A DNA stretch of 64,000 nt from Candidatus Bathyarchaeia archaeon (GTDB lineage: Archaea; Thermoproteota; Bathyarchaeia; Bathyarchaeales; Bathycorpusculaceae): positions 1 to 64,000 of the forward strand of contig JBEKXL010000014.1 in the NCBI GenBank assembly GCA_049512075.1, read 5' to 3'. Within the stretch, counting starts at the first letter, position 1. Each line of letters starts with the position of its first letter. The notes under the pieces are model-generated. The model saw nothing but the letters and a program-made list of their open reading frames with translations. It did no database searches and was not told the DNA's origin. The translations under genes and the position numbers were made by a program. Of the stretch, positions 63,201 to 64,000 are shown piece after piece.

Positions 63201-64000
63201 CGGGAAATCGACTTGGGCTCTCACCGCCGGCGGGTTGGACTACATTGAGATACCGAACAATGCGCCCACTGCAGATGATCTGGCTGTAGGTCCCAGAAAA
63301 ACACTGCAACCAATAGACACCGATGACCTCACGGCCACCTATGCTTACCATGATGTAGACGAGAATGTGGAGCTTGGCTCAGAGATAAGATGGTACGATA
63401 CCGGCGTGTTACAATCAGATTTGAACAACAAGCTAACCGTTCCAGCAAGTCGCACTTCAGTGGGCGACAAGTGGTACTTAACCGTCAGACCAAGAGACGG
63501 AAAAGACTTTGGAGCAACAGCAACTTCCCCCACCGTCACCATCGTACAAAACAATCGGCCCACAATACAAGGTACACCGAACTTGCAGAAACAATCAGGA
63601 AACCTCGTGATCACTCCCACGACCAGCGATACTGACGGACCCACGCCTACAAGGAAAATCTACAACTGGCGCGTAGGAGGAACGTCAATCTCCAACTTGC
63701 AGATGCCCTTCGACACAGATAATATTGTCAGCGGCGCCAAAGACTACTCGCCCAGCGCCAACAACGGCGTCGTATCGGACGCAACATGGACAAGCAGTGG
63801 AGCAGTCGGAGGCGCATACCACTTCGATGGAAATGATATGATAACTTGCGCTGACAATAACCTCGGCGGAGACGCAGCGGGCACGTGGACCCAACTCACA
63901 ATAGAATTCTGGATAAAGGTCGATGGGTGGCTGAATAGAACACGAATAGTCGCGAAGAAAGTTGGCACTTCAAGTTCGGGAAGCTACATGGTGGGCTTCC
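60277..64000 (+). CDS. Giant secreted FG-GAP/DUF4082-like/LamG protein, paralog of 47023-52299 (runs off the window; absent from the ORF track)
   Basis: MTKRRYWF...GDGLWEGGVVIGDV..PGEEVVFATD, colinear with the first paralog; GGAG upstream. Confidence 0.88.
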   Translation, partial: MTKRRYWFNSPEQFLGVVMVAVILSSFFLSSSSLFIEVASAAPTTVTLAPKWTKSGLGDGLWEGGVVIGDVVKSTPGEEVVFATDYNGGTVYCLNGQTGATIWTYRDSSIYAYAQTTLYDLDGDGNLEVCVPLYYVPGLLVLRSNGALWWRTTIANAGTTMGSFAAADVNHDGKLEIFHGSQNVEAGADGKFVGRITKLSYDGKILAQTFNWRACSGGVSIADADHDGVFEIYTGDRDMYMNDGNYGRGVRSFWADNLTERWCMPDVLSSSQCPVLADVNGDGVLDVIVSDMSGGVLVLNSTSGSAKPLPFRKTGSIGVPGHYQTTVCDIDGDGHLEMIAADGTHSNSRIANYSDKFVIYDLVTGVIEKELVVGQCKFSPTVADLNGDGKLDIIACNMTAIIVFTYDNGNYVKIGERGNLLSGLMYAMVQDIDNDGLLEVVVSRGSGSSAVVYAFDTTAPKPAQRARSEIKWYSEYRRGVAEYVAPPGASSKMSSAVQSDSSVQGLSVSSSEKTAAESMITAQDVLDSFGKTDQGGSTSNLAQYWYGSRYQISEDGTASSISLYVSERNGENRPLKVAIYQDSSGVPTTLLAQGVSTIPASFTGWFTVSLSSYPDLSANNYYWLVANAIASSKTVRFYYSSGATNQGVYGTTTYASFPTNPCVYSNRNNRAYSIYCNYEPISNGGQGGVLTRLANGDLECNATNAGNSQVFNWYVNDYKNPTTSTPESLTRLLLTFDNNDPNAVQDYSSYGNNGLVHGATWTSEHGGAYVFDGQFDYIMIPDGGSGYFNGYPQPRTGDLMSDGNKSEMSLEMWVYLPQNQTDVRFVSKIPSYEIGIGTDGRLFAGVFRQRGNDDTELGYLGYTSVKTSTALNLNSWQHVALTYKDGVGLKLFLNGVMVASANAQGNIHCSSGVALMIGWFDYFKGMIDDVRLYSQCLSDQQINQHYLEQSWTNRSIIKSEATRGQEKWKCMVIENGKSTWALTAGGLDYIEIPNNAPTADDLAVGPRKTLQPIDTDDLTATYAYHDVDENVELGSEIRWYDTGVLQSDLNNKLTVPASRTSVGDKWYLTVRPRDGKDFGATATSPTVTIVQNNRPTIQGTPNLQKQSGNLVITPTTSDTDGPTPTRKIYNWRVGGTSISNLQMPFDTDNIVSGAKDYSPSANNGVVSDATWTSSGAVGGAYHFDGNDMITCADNNLGGDAAGTWTQLTIEFWIKVDGWLNRTRIVAKKVGTSSSGSYMVGF

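Overview
Archaeal chromosomal window, most likely Bathyarchaeia. This is inferred from gene types, IPEF-type C-terminal sorting tails and dockerin-tipped secreted proteins. Bases 1-19.5 kb hold a transposase end, small regulators, tRNA-Asn and tRNA-Pro, a radical SAM enzyme, a cohesin-like/dockerin-like surface protein, divergent pyrI/pyrB, an HTH-ATP-cone-NrdD fusion lacking the RNR catalytic motifs (plus a decayed second copy) and a VapBC pair. Bases 19.8-64 kb are a large surface-glycan/extracellular-matrix island: GT2s, a flippase, two pyruvyl-transferase-like proteins around an FrhB-like protein, a CapK-like ligase, six clan GH-A hydrolases, PEF-CTERM-like proteins and two giant FG-GAP/LamG proteins. 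An intact IS6-like element with passenger genes interrupts it. The most unusual signal is non-coding: about 18 intergenic (GC)4-5 tracts (plus shorter ones) delimit gene modules, serve as target sites of the IS/MITE elements, coincide with gene truncation points, and usually mark switches from A/C-rich to G/T-rich strand composition. All assignments come from motif recognition by eye; no database searches were run.
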